Source of the DNA: Thermoproteota archaeon
GTDB lineage: Archaea; Korarchaeota; Korarchaeia; Korarchaeales; Korarchaeaceae
Length of the DNA stretch: 55,070 nt
Assembly (NCBI GenBank): GCA_027491435.1
Contig: JAOZFG010000037.1
Span: 1 to 55,070, forward strand
Direction: 5' to 3'
In this document: one piece after another, positions 35,902-44,981 of the stretch
How the letters are laid out: every line of letters begins with the position of its first letter
How positions within the stretch are numbered: the stretch's first letter is position 1
The notes under the pieces: generated by a model
Databases searched by the model: none
What the model saw: the letters and a program-made list of their open reading frames with translations, nothing else
What the model was told of the DNA's origin: nothing
Position numbers and translations under genes: made by a program

Positions 35902-36675
35902 TTGAAGCGGAGTGGAAGGATGCTCAGGGCCTACAGGACGGACGCCACAACAGAGAAAAAAGGATACTTAGAAAGCGAGTTACCGAAAGAGGATTTTCAG
36001 CTAGTGGTCCCATCATACATAAACTTTAAGGAATTATACCTGGCGATGGGTAGGGGGTACACCAAGATAAAGAAGGTGATCTTCCTGGACGCGGGCACCA
36101 TAGGTGAGTGGTTCAACGAGTTCTTAGAGGGCGTTGAGAGGAACTTCGGAACTGTGGAATCCCTGGTGGTCGGAACCGACCTAATTTACGGTTTGGGAGA
36201 GGTCCTTGAGTCGATGGAGAGCGTGTTCGTCTGTGAAGGGGAGCTATCAGTCCCCCTGTTCATGGCCTCTCTCATATTCAAGGGGACCGCCCTGATAAAG
36301 CTGGACAGGTACACCACCTTCCTCTCCTATCCAATATGGGAGCTTAAGGAGACGGATCTAGCGATACTCATGGTCCTTGAGAGGTCAGACGAGCCCATGT
36401 CGGCCTCAGAAATAGCTAAAATGATAAACGTGAAGAGGAAGTCTAGGAAGAAGTCCAACGACTCTGACCTAGACAGGTCAAAGGTTCAGAACGTCCTCTA
36501 CTACCTGGAGAAGCACCTGGTCAAGGAGGGACTCGTGGAGAAGGTTAAGGTGGAGGGCAAGAGGGGAGGTCACTACAGGGTCACCACGAAGGGGAAGGAG
36601 GTGGCGAGGCTGGCGCCGGTCCTGCTTAGGGTTAGGGGCAGGGATCTAGGAGAGCTCCTTAGGGTGGTGGAATGA
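35902..36675 (+). CDS. wHTH transcriptional regulator with N-terminal Rossmann/CARF-like domain
   Basis: C-terminal ILMVL...SASEIAK...LVKEGLVE...YRVTTKG wHTH; alpha/beta N-terminal domain; architecture like Csa3/DUF6293. Confidence 0.6.
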   Translation: MKRSGRMLRAYRTDATTEKKGYLESELPKEDFQLVVPSYINFKELYLAMGRGYTKIKKVIFLDAGTIGEWFNEFLEGVERNFGTVESLVVGTDLIYGLGEVLESMESVFVCEGELSVPLFMASLIFKGTALIKLDRYTTFLSYPIWELKETDLAILMVLERSDEPMSASEIAKMINVKRKSRKKSNDSDLDRSKVQNVLYYLEKHLVKEGLVEKVKVEGKRGGHYRVTTKGKEVARLAPVLLRVRGRDLGELLRVVE

Positions 36676-37385
36676 AGGCTGTCCTGAAGGAGGTGGCCTT
36701 CGCCCTAGGGCTTGTGATGGTAATAGGCACCATTCACCTATTTATCGGAGATTTCCTGCTCTTTCAGGTTGTGGCCGCCTCCCTGACTTTACCTCTAATG
36801 TTTATAGCCTGTAAGCTAGATGACGTTGACTGCTGGCTGGGAGGGATTGAGGGAGCCCTTACAGGCCTTCTGTTGGGGTTTGCCCTCACCCTACCCTTCG
36901 CCCTGATCTCAGAGGTCAAGTATGAGGGCTCCCTGACTTGGAGGCCTTTAGCCATTTACCTTCTAGTCGCCCTCTGGGAAGAAGCCGTGTTCAGAGGGTA
37001 CCCCCTGGCCAGGGGCTCCCCATACAGTTTGCTAGCCACTTCTCTTCTCTTTTCCCTGGTACACGCTGGAAACCCGGGCTTCACCCCGCTGGCTTTCCTG
37101 GGGATCTTCGCCGCTGCTCTCATGTTAGGGGCTGTGAGAATTTATAGGGGCTTCCTATCAGCTGCAGCCCTTCACTTCTCCTGGAACTTCTTTGAAGGTT
37201 CGTTCTGGGGATTTACGGTGAGTGGCATTCGCCTGGGAAGCCTGTTCAGGTCTAGAATTAATGGGCCTGCCCTCATAACCGGCGGCGACTTCGGGCCCGA
37301 GGCTTCTATAATAGCCACGCTGCTGTTTACGTTGGTATTCTTGCTTGTATGGAGGCTTCGAAACCCCAACTTTTTATCTGACTAA
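36672..37385 (+). CDS. CPBP (CAAX/Abi) intramembrane metalloprotease
   Basis: EEAVFRG, FSLVH, HFSWN and GGDFGPEAS motifs. Confidence 0.92.
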   Translation: MKAVLKEVAFALGLVMVIGTIHLFIGDFLLFQVVAASLTLPLMFIACKLDDVDCWLGGIEGALTGLLLGFALTLPFALISEVKYEGSLTWRPLAIYLLVALWEEAVFRGYPLARGSPYSLLATSLLFSLVHAGNPGFTPLAFLGIFAAALMLGAVRIYRGFLSAAALHFSWNFFEGSFWGFTVSGIRLGSLFRSRINGPALITGGDFGPEASIIATLLFTLVFLLVWRLRNPNFLSD

Positions 37386-37399
37386 CTCCCAGAATACCG

Positions 37400-37738
37400 A
37401 TGTTTCCAATAATTATAGAGATGCAGAGCCCGGAGCCCTGGAGGGAGTCCATCCTGACCTTCACCAGAAAGCTTAAGTCGATGTTTGGCGAGAGGTTGGT
37501 CAGGGTAATAGCTCTACCAAGTCCAGACGAGCAGGAGTACGAGTCCAACGTCCTGGTCGTCCTCAAGAAGGTGAGTCTGGAGGACGTAAGGGCAGTGGTC
37601 AGGGCGGCGGTCGAGTCTGGAGAGAATATAAACCCTCTAGTGGTCAAGGAGGGAGATCCTGCTGTAAGGGTATTTATGGCCGCTGGTGGTATGAATGTCG
37701 AAATTGATCAAGTCAGAGGTGCTCCTAAAAGAGGCTAA
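37400..37738 (+). CDS. Minimal nucleotidyltransferase (MNT)-like antitoxin, degenerate active site
   Basis: FGERLVRVIALPS...YESNVLVVL in place of GSx10DxD; overlaps the HEPN gene. Confidence 0.7.
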   Translation: MFPIIIEMQSPEPWRESILTFTRKLKSMFGERLVRVIALPSPDEQEYESNVLVVLKKVSLEDVRAVVRAAVESGENINPLVVKEGDPAVRVFMAAGGMNVEIDQVRGAPKRG

Positions 37739-38060
37739 AAAAGACCTCGAACACGGTTCACCTAACAAGGCCGTATCCGCTTCATATTTCGCCGTGAGGC
37801 TTTTTGTAGAGCATGTGATACCAGATCTACTCACCTCTAAGGACGATAAGATAGCCAACGCCTTATACAGGGAGGTCAAGAGGAGAGCTAACGAAGAGGT
37901 CGCCAAGAGGTTAAAGGATGTCTACATGACCCTATACACTTACAGGAAGATGGCCGATCACAGGGAAACGCTGTTCGAATTGGAGGAGTCTAAAGAAATA
38001 GTGAAAATGGCGGAGTCGCTGATACTGGAGATAAAAAGGATATGGGGGCTTGACCTTTAG
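37695..38060 (+). CDS. HEPN-domain protein
   Basis: AVSASYFAV and RKMADH (Rx4H) motifs. Confidence 0.85.
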   Translation: MSKLIKSEVLLKEAKKDLEHGSPNKAVSASYFAVRLFVEHVIPDLLTSKDDKIANALYREVKRRANEEVAKRLKDVYMTLYTYRKMADHRETLFELEESKEIVKMAESLILEIKRIWGLDL

Positions 38061-38068
38061 GTATACGC

Positions 38069-38620
38069 TTATACGCTCCTATAGTAAAGGGTAGCTGAAA
38101 GAATGGATAAACCTATTATCAGGATGCCAGCGGACTCTGCCACAGCAGCTGAGGGCCATTTTAGGGTAAGTTCCACCCCAATAGCCACTAAAGGGGCTAA
38201 AGCAGAGGGTATAGCGGTGAGAAGCCCTAAACGACTGCCCTTCCTGTATATGGCAATTCCTAAGGCGGTAAAGCCCATGAAAGCTTGAAGGAAGAACCAG
38301 GTGGAGACGAAGACGTGAGGTCTAGTGCCCCCTGGGAAAACCCCTATTAAGGCTAGAAATATGGAGGCAGTGAAGAGGAGCCCGCTGGCGAAGGCCTCTC
38401 CCTTACTGCTGGAGGCCCTGTAGACGGCTAAGGAGTAAAGGGAGAACCAGAGGGCAGAGGTTATAAGCCCCCAGTTGTAGAGCCAGGGGCATGCCCCCTT
38501 AACCCCGAAGTCGCTGAAGGCGTCCTCCCAAAAGACGAACCAGGGGTTGAGGTACCAGCAAACCCCTATTACAGCCAGAGCCCAGGTTAGGGCCAAGATC
38601 CCCGTGTAGATCAGCTTCAC
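38069..38620 (-). CDS. DUF998-family membrane protein
   Basis: NPWF...AFSDFG, YNWGLI and LIGVFP...PH motifs; multi-TM. Confidence 0.85.
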   Translation of the reverse strand: MKLIYTGILALTWALAVIGVCWYLNPWFVFWEDAFSDFGVKGACPWLYNWGLITSALWFSLYSLAVYRASSSKGEAFASGLLFTASIFLALIGVFPGGTRPHVFVSTWFFLQAFMGFTALGIAIYRKGSRLGLLTAIPSALAPLVAIGVELTLKWPSAAVAESAGILIIGLSILSATLYYRSV

Positions 38621-39741
38621 TAGAAGGAGGTCACCTCCCCCTCTCTCTCAACAGTGAACACGTGCTCTAACTTCTCCTCCTTCACTTTGAGGTTACCCAG
38701 CCCCGGCCCCTCAGGTAGGGTTCTGTAACCGTCCTTCAATCCCGCCCCTCCCTCTACGAAGTCCTCCTTCAGTGAGATGTCCGAGTCCAAGTCTGTGGTT
38801 ACCACGTTTCTGGTGGCTGCGGCGAAGTGAACGCCAGCGGTTATGCTCACCCCGCCCTCCATCATGCAGCCTATCATGTTGGGCACCCCGGCAGCCTCGC
38901 TTATGGCGGCAATCCTCCTGGCCTTGAGGAGGCCCCCTGCCTTGGTTAACTTTATGTTTATGTAGTCCGCAGCCCTCATCTTGACGACTTTCAGGGCATC
39001 TTCAGGAGTGTGAACGCTCTCATCGGCCATTATGGGGATGGGGCTCATCCTGGTGAGCAAGGCCATGCCCTCCAGGTCATCCCACCTAACGGGTTGTTCG
39101 GCCAGCTCCACGTCATACCTGTCCATCTGGTTTAAGGCCTTCAACGCCTGTTTGACTGTCCACCCTTGGTTAGCGTCCACCCTTATCTTTATGGCAGGGC
39201 CCACGACGTCCCTGACCGCCTTAACCCTCTCTACGTCCTTCTCCACGTCCACCCCGACCTTAAGCTTGATAGCCTTAAAGCCCTGCTCAACTATCCTCTC
39301 CGCCTCCCTGGCCATCTCCTCAGGCGATTTTATCCCTATGGTAAAGTCCGTCTCCACCCTATCCCTGTAACCTCCCAGAAGGTCCCTAACCTTAACTCCC
39401 AGGATTTTACCTTTAAGGTCGAAGGAGGCTATCTCCAAAGCCAGTTTAGCTGACGTGTTGCCCAGTATGACCCTGTCCATCCTCTCCTCTATGGCCTCTA
39501 CGTCCAGGGGATTCATCCCGACAACTGCCGGGGCTAGGGCCCTGAGGGCTGCCACTATGGTGTCCTCACTCTCTCCAATTATCCTCTTGGCTGGAGACGC
39601 TTCACCCCAGCCCACCCTTCCCTCGTCATCCTCCAGCCTGACCACCACGTCCACGCTGTAGTCGGAAGTTCCCAAGGCGATGGTAAAGGGCTGCCTGTAG
39701 GGCAGCCTGACCTTAAATACGTCAACCCTCTTGATCCGCAT
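38620..39741 (-). CDS. Dipeptide epimerase (L-Ala-D/L-Glu epimerase, enolase superfamily)
   Basis: GWGEA, KLKVG, VDANQGW, EQP, ADES, NIKLTK, GCMME and DLD motifs. Confidence 0.92.
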   Translation of the reverse strand: MRIKRVDVFKVRLPYRQPFTIALGTSDYSVDVVVRLEDDEGRVGWGEASPAKRIIGESEDTIVAALRALAPAVVGMNPLDVEAIEERMDRVILGNTSAKLALEIASFDLKGKILGVKVRDLLGGYRDRVETDFTIGIKSPEEMAREAERIVEQGFKAIKLKVGVDVEKDVERVKAVRDVVGPAIKIRVDANQGWTVKQALKALNQMDRYDVELAEQPVRWDDLEGMALLTRMSPIPIMADESVHTPEDALKVVKMRAADYINIKLTKAGGLLKARRIAAISEAAGVPNMIGCMMEGGVSITAGVHFAAATRNVVTTDLDSDISLKEDFVEGGAGLKDGYRTLPEGPGLGNLKVKEEKLEHVFTVEREGEVTSF

Positions 39742-40382
39742 CTCCCCTAAAGGAGGGTGTTAGCTAAAAACTCTGGGTTTGTCGTTCAAGCCCGCACTTA
39801 ACAATCCTTCGGAAGTGATGAGCTAGTTGCCAATTTAAAATCTCAGCAATGGCTGTAGAAGTTATAAGGAGATCTCATCTCCTTAAATCCCCCTGTGCAC
39901 CGCTGTAGAGGTCACAGTGGGTTGAATCACCCAGTTATCAGGGGGTTAGAAGGCCTCCCCAAGGGAGCCCCTGCTTCCTATTCTTCGAAATGTCCTTCAA
40001 GAGCCCCATAAAGGCGCTAAAAGTAGAATCCCTCCAAATCTTTTTCTTATAGCCCTCAGCGTCCGTGTCCATGAGCGTCGAGCGACAAACCTCTTAGACT
40101 CTCCATGGATTTACTTCTCCGAGGCGCGGCAATTCCCCAGCCTGTTGAAAGACCTCCTCCTAAGACATCTCCTCAGCTAACTTACCGAGAAAAATTCGCT
40201 CCCTCATCATCTTCCAGCCCCCTAGCTTCTCCTTTAAAATTACTAATTACCGGGATGCCCAACTTCTTCATAATCACAGTTGTTGAACAATAACAGCTGA
40301 TGAGCCCCTTTCCGCTAAGAAAACATCTAGTCCCCTCCTGAAGTCACTAAGCTAGCGGTGCTCCGCTAGAGAGGTTGAGCCA

Positions 40383-40814
40383 TCAGATGGACTCCTCAGG
40401 GACCATCGTTATCTTGTAGTACTTTGTGCCGGAGAGCTTCTCCCTCAGCCTGTGGTCTAAGGTGTAGAAGTAGACCTTCAACCTCTCCGCCAGGGCCAGG
40501 TAGGCCGCATCGTACACGGAGATGTTAACCCTCCTGGCTATCTGAAAGGCTCTGGCCTTAACCTCCTTGAACTCCCTCACCTGAAAGGTCCTGTATATAA
40601 GGGAGTCGGCCATCTCCCTGGCCCGATCTAACTCCTTCTCACTAAGCTCTCCCAGCCGAAACTTTCTGAGGAGGGCGTTATATACTTCATAGGGGGTTAT
40701 GTCCAGGACGTAAACGTCAAGGAGCTCCCTCACAAGCTTATCTGCCCAATCGCTTTCATCGTCAGGTATCAACAGGGCCAGAACCACCGTTGAATCCAGG
40801 ACACCATCATTCAT
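40383..40814 (-). CDS. vapC: PIN-domain toxin VapC
   Basis: VLDSTV, YEVYNAL, SVYDAAYLALA and TLD motifs; intact. Confidence 0.92.
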   Translation of the reverse strand: MNDGVLDSTVVLALLIPDDESDWADKLVRELLDVYVLDITPYEVYNALLRKFRLGELSEKELDRAREMADSLIYRTFQVREFKEVKARAFQIARRVNISVYDAAYLALAERLKVYFYTLDHRLREKLSGTKYYKITMVPEESI

Positions 40815-41025
40815 CCCTATCTACCCTGATGAGTTCGGCGGCCGGAGTCCCCTTCCTCCCAATGCTGTCCCTGAGCTCCTTGGCCTTCTCCAGGACCTTT
40901 TCCCTCCTCTTCCTTCTGACCAGCTCGTAGAGAAACTGCCTCACCTCCTCCCTCCAGTCCTCGTCCAGCTTCTCCAGCTCCCTCTTGAGCTCCTCGGGGA
41001 CCCTTATACTTATCACCGAGCTCAT
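40807..41025 (-). CDS. vapB: VapB/CopG-type antitoxin
   Basis: MSSVISIRVPEELKREL...DWREEVR...AAELIRVDRDE; overlaps vapC. Confidence 0.88.
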   Translation of the reverse strand: MSSVISIRVPEELKRELEKLDEDWREEVRQFLYELVRRKRREKVLEKAKELRDSIGRKGTPAAELIRVDRDE

Positions 41026-41407
41026 CACTTCTGTATACCTATAGTGCGTATATATTGTTTTCTCATAGTTTACATAGGCTACTGATATTTGTAGACAATC
41101 ATTTAATGGAGACAACGGATCTTCTCGTTATATTCAGTAAGAAAAGCTCCTTAAATTGAGAAAAGATGGGAGAGCTCACCTCCTAACGCTTCTTCCCATA
41201 GAGTAGCTGACAACCAACTCAGATCTCTGATCGCCAAAATAAACACAAATAAAATAGCCAGGAGATGTTCTCTCAAGAATTAACTTTAACGAGAATCCCG
41301 ATTTTATTCCTAAATCTGTTATTAACTTCTGATATTACTAGCTTGACGCAGCAAAAGGCTTAAAAGTTTCCTGTACCGGTTATCTTAGCTAAAGGAGGTG
41401 AAAAATT

Positions 41408-42916
41408 TTGAGGAGGGGAGCTTCCCGGACAGTTGTGATACTCGTCTCCCTCGTCGTTGGGATCCTGATCGGCGCTTCTCTCGGCTATATGCTGGCTCCT
41501 AAACCTCAACCAGCGCCAGCCACCCCAACCACTGAGCTAGATAAGTTAAAGGCGGAGAATGAGCAGTTAAAGGCAAAAATAGAGGAGTTGAAGAAGAAGT
41601 TAGAGGCCACCGGCGAGAAGGAGATAACCCTTAAGATCTGGACCATAGGGCCGGATCCTCCCAGCGAGTACAGGTTGAAGAACTTTGAGATAGCCGCTAG
41701 CATGCTCAACAAGTGGTTAGCTGCTCTAGGCTCCAAAGTCAGGGTGAAGGTCGAGGGAGAGTTCTTCGTCAGGCCCGTCGAGTGGGGAGAGTACAAGAAC
41801 AAGTTCTACTTGGCCTACAAGGCTGGAAAGGCCCCTGACATCTACCTGACAGGCCATGAGGACGTTGGGTTCTTGGCTGCAAACGGTTACATAATTCCTC
41901 TAGACGACTACATAAAAGAGTACTGGGACGAGGTCTACTACGACGTGATCCCCACGCTCTGGGAGGCCGTTAAGTACCAGGGCAAGATTTGGGGAATACC
42001 TCAGGACACCGAAGCCAGGCCCATGTACTTCAGGAAGGACGTGTTAAGGGCCCTGGGATGGACTGAAGAGCAGATAAACGAGCTGCCGGAGAAGGTGAGG
42101 AGGGGAGAGTTCACCCTAGACGATCTGCTGGAGCTGGCTAAAGAGGCTAAGGATAAGGGGTTGGTGGAGAGGGGAATACTGCACAGGGTGAAGGAGGGCT
42201 ACGACTACTTCCAGTTCTACCTGGCTTACGGGGGCAGGCTCTGGGACGCCAAGCAGGGCAAGATGGTCTTCACCAAGAGCGCCTGGAAGAAGACCTTGGA
42301 GTGGTTCTACAAGGCCGTCTGGGAGTACAAGGTGATAAGCCCGACTCAGTTCTCTGGAGACTGGGACAAAGACTTCCACGAGCCCTTCACCAAGGGCAAG
42401 GCCCTGTTCCTGTCCGGAGGGACCTGGCACAAGGGAGAGTGGATAAGCAAGGGCCTGCTCACCGAAGAGTCCTTCAACGAGAACGTGGGCTACATGTTAC
42501 ACCCAGCAGGCGAGCCAGGTAAAAAACCTGTAACCTTAAGCCACCCGCTCATCTACACGATAACTAAGCAGGCCCAGGAGAGGGGAGTTGCCGACGTCGC
42601 CTTCGTGTTAATAACCATGGTGACCGATCCTCACCTGAACTCGCTTCACGCCATAAAGAGCAGCCACCTGGCCATACTATACAGCGAGATAAGCGATAGC
42701 AGGTACACTAAGGACCCGTTCCTAGCCGACGTCGCTTACATGCTCGACTACACGACCTTCATACCCAACCACCCGAAGTGGGGAGACTACAGCAGAATAG
42801 TCTTCAACATACTTAGAGGGGTTGAGAGTGGTGATCTGAAGCCTGATCAGGCCTTTAATGAGCTGTTAAGGCAGATACAAGGTTTAGGAAGTGATGCTGT
42901 CATCATAGAGGACTAA
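41408..42916 (+). CDS. Carbohydrate ABC transporter substrate-binding protein
   Basis: N-terminal anchor, coiled coil, AGKAPDI, IPLDDYI and WGIPQDTEARPMYFRKD motifs. Confidence 0.92.
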   Translation: MRRGASRTVVILVSLVVGILIGASLGYMLAPKPQPAPATPTTELDKLKAENEQLKAKIEELKKKLEATGEKEITLKIWTIGPDPPSEYRLKNFEIAASMLNKWLAALGSKVRVKVEGEFFVRPVEWGEYKNKFYLAYKAGKAPDIYLTGHEDVGFLAANGYIIPLDDYIKEYWDEVYYDVIPTLWEAVKYQGKIWGIPQDTEARPMYFRKDVLRALGWTEEQINELPEKVRRGEFTLDDLLELAKEAKDKGLVERGILHRVKEGYDYFQFYLAYGGRLWDAKQGKMVFTKSAWKKTLEWFYKAVWEYKVISPTQFSGDWDKDFHEPFTKGKALFLSGGTWHKGEWISKGLLTEESFNENVGYMLHPAGEPGKKPVTLSHPLIYTITKQAQERGVADVAFVLITMVTDPHLNSLHAIKSSHLAILYSEISDSRYTKDPFLADVAYMLDYTTFIPNHPKWGDYSRIVFNILRGVESGDLKPDQAFNELLRQIQGLGSDAVIIED

Positions 42917-42935
42917 CCACCTCTCAGGTGATCCA

Positions 42936-43832
42936 ATGAAGCACAAGTACCTTCTCTTTTTTCTTGCCCCAAGCTTCCTGCTCATCCTGGTGTTCTTCCT
43001 AATACCCGTCGTGATAACCCTGTTGATCAGCCTAACTGATATGGATTACAGCTTCCAATGGAACTGGGTTGGTTTGAAAAACTACGAGGAGATGTTAAGG
43101 GATCCAATAGCCTACAAGGTGTTCCAGAACACCCTGCTCTACGTGTTCACTACCCTTTCCCTGTTCAACGTCGGGCTCGCCCTGGTGATCTCCTTAATAA
43201 CCGTCCACATACCGGAGAGGGTGGGGAGCGGCTTTAGGGCCCTATGGCTCCTCCCCAGGATAACCCCTTCCACGGTTTACGCCCTTCTATGGTTGTGGGC
43301 CGCCAGACAAGATGAATCCGCCCTATTCAACTGGATTCTAGGATTTTTTGGCTTCGAACCCGTTAACTGGATCCACAGACACCCGTGGCTCATCGTAATA
43401 CTCGTTAACGGATTCGTCGGCACCTCCTTCGGGATGATAATTTTTACTGCAGCGCTGAAGAGCATCCCCAGCGATTACCTTAGGGCTGCAAGGGTTGACG
43501 GGGCCAACACTTTCCAGGTGATAAGGTACGTGGAGCTCCCCCTGATAAAGTGGCCCCTGATGTTCGTCACCGCCTACCAGACCCTCTCCCTCCTGACCTC
43601 CTACGAGTACATCCTGCTAGTTACTAACGGCGGCCCAGGGTACTACACCACAGAGGTCTGGGCCTTATACAGCTACCACCTGGCCTTCGCCCAGTACGGT
43701 GGGATTGTGAAGTTCGGCTACGGCGCGGCCCTAGCCACTGTTCTCGTGGTGCTCGGCCTTATAATGTCGGTGATTTACTGGAGGGTCTTCAGGCTCAAGG
43801 AGATGATGTTGGAGCCCAAGATAGAGGTGTGA
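42936..43832 (+). CDS. Carbohydrate ABC transporter permease (MalF-like)
   Basis: WVGLKNY and EAA loop AARVDGAN; GGPG; GYGAALA. Confidence 0.92.
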   Translation: MKHKYLLFFLAPSFLLILVFFLIPVVITLLISLTDMDYSFQWNWVGLKNYEEMLRDPIAYKVFQNTLLYVFTTLSLFNVGLALVISLITVHIPERVGSGFRALWLLPRITPSTVYALLWLWAARQDESALFNWILGFFGFEPVNWIHRHPWLIVILVNGFVGTSFGMIIFTAALKSIPSDYLRAARVDGANTFQVIRYVELPLIKWPLMFVTAYQTLSLLTSYEYILLVTNGGPGYYTTEVWALYSYHLAFAQYGGIVKFGYGAALATVLVVLGLIMSVIYWRVFRLKEMMLEPKIEV

Positions 43833-44680
43833 ACATGAGGTTCAAGGAAGTTCCCTGGTACGCCTTCCTGCTGGCCATAACCTTGCCTATAGTGGCTTTG
43901 TACGCCCTCCTTTTCGTACAGAGCATCTCAGATGAAGTCGTGGGGTTAATCCCTGTCAACCTAACGCTAGATAACTGGGAGTTCCTGAAGGACGGGAACA
44001 TAAAGGTGCCCGGGACCACCTTCCAGCACTACCCTAACCTCTACCTGGTGGCGGGGAACACCTTCCTTCTGGCCGTCACGGTGGCAGCTTTAGAAGTGGT
44101 CTTCTCCTCCCTAGCCGGCTACGCCATATCAAGGTACAAGTTCAGGGGTAGGAGCAGTCTCCTAGCCCTTGCTCTTATCCTTCACTCCTTTCCAGGAATA
44201 ACCCTGCTAATAGCTCTCTTCTACATACTGAACCTGTTAGGGCTTTACGATACCCTGCTGGGAGTCATCATAATAAAGGTGGCCTTGGACATGCCCCTGG
44301 ACATCTGGATAATGAAGGGCTTCTTCGACGGGGTGAGCTGGGACATGGAAATGAGCGCCTTAGTGGACGGGTGCAGCAGATTGCAGGCCTGGTGGAAGGT
44401 TATACTCCCGAACGTGAGGAACGGGCTAATGACCGTCATAATATTCGGGTTCCTGTCCGGGTGGAGCGAGTTCATATATGTGCTGACCTTCATCTCGAGC
44501 CAGGACTACTGGACCTTCTCAATGCTGGTTTACGCCCTGACCACCGGGGAGTACTCCTACATAGATCCCGGCGTGACCTCGGCCGTAGCCATAATTTACA
44601 TGGTGCCTGTGGTGCTCTTCTTCCTGTTCGCCCAGCAATACCTGCTCAGAATCCAGATAGCTGGGAAAGGGGTCTCCTAG
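43829..44680 (+). CDS. Carbohydrate ABC transporter permease (MalG-like)
   Basis: AGYAISRYKFRGR, EMSALVDGCS and WSEF motifs. Confidence 0.92.
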   Translation: MNMRFKEVPWYAFLLAITLPIVALYALLFVQSISDEVVGLIPVNLTLDNWEFLKDGNIKVPGTTFQHYPNLYLVAGNTFLLAVTVAALEVVFSSLAGYAISRYKFRGRSSLLALALILHSFPGITLLIALFYILNLLGLYDTLLGVIIIKVALDMPLDIWIMKGFFDGVSWDMEMSALVDGCSRLQAWWKVILPNVRNGLMTVIIFGFLSGWSEFIYVLTFISSQDYWTFSMLVYALTTGEYSYIDPGVTSAVAIIYMVPVVLFFLFAQQYLLRIQIAGKGVS

Positions 44681-44981
44681 CCCTTAATTTTTGAGTGAAA
44701 GGGCCCCATGATGAGCTGGAGAACCTGACGAGTTAGCTGGGGAGCCTAGGCGAGGAGACCCCTTCAGTCGACCATCGAAGGCGATGTGTTAGCGTGCAAT
44801 CTGGTGGTTATTTACCCCAACTGAAGGGATTGAGCGACTCTTAAACTTGAGCGGCCCATCGTGGAGCGATCAGCGGGCCTAACCCCGCTCGCAACTACTG
44901 ACTCCATTCTTCCCTCTAGTCGGTAACACTAAGAAATTTTTGGTAAAATTGTATATAAGTGAGCGGAGAGTCTAGAGGTCG

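Noticed and set aside
39780-40290. Possible gene or pseudogene in the gap after the epimerase
   Set aside because: The minus strand is purine-rich like coding DNA, but stops are frequent and no family motif was recognised
44708-44760. C/D box sRNA starting ATGATGA with a CTGA 10 nt later
   Set aside because: No convincing C' box or terminal D box at the expected spacing
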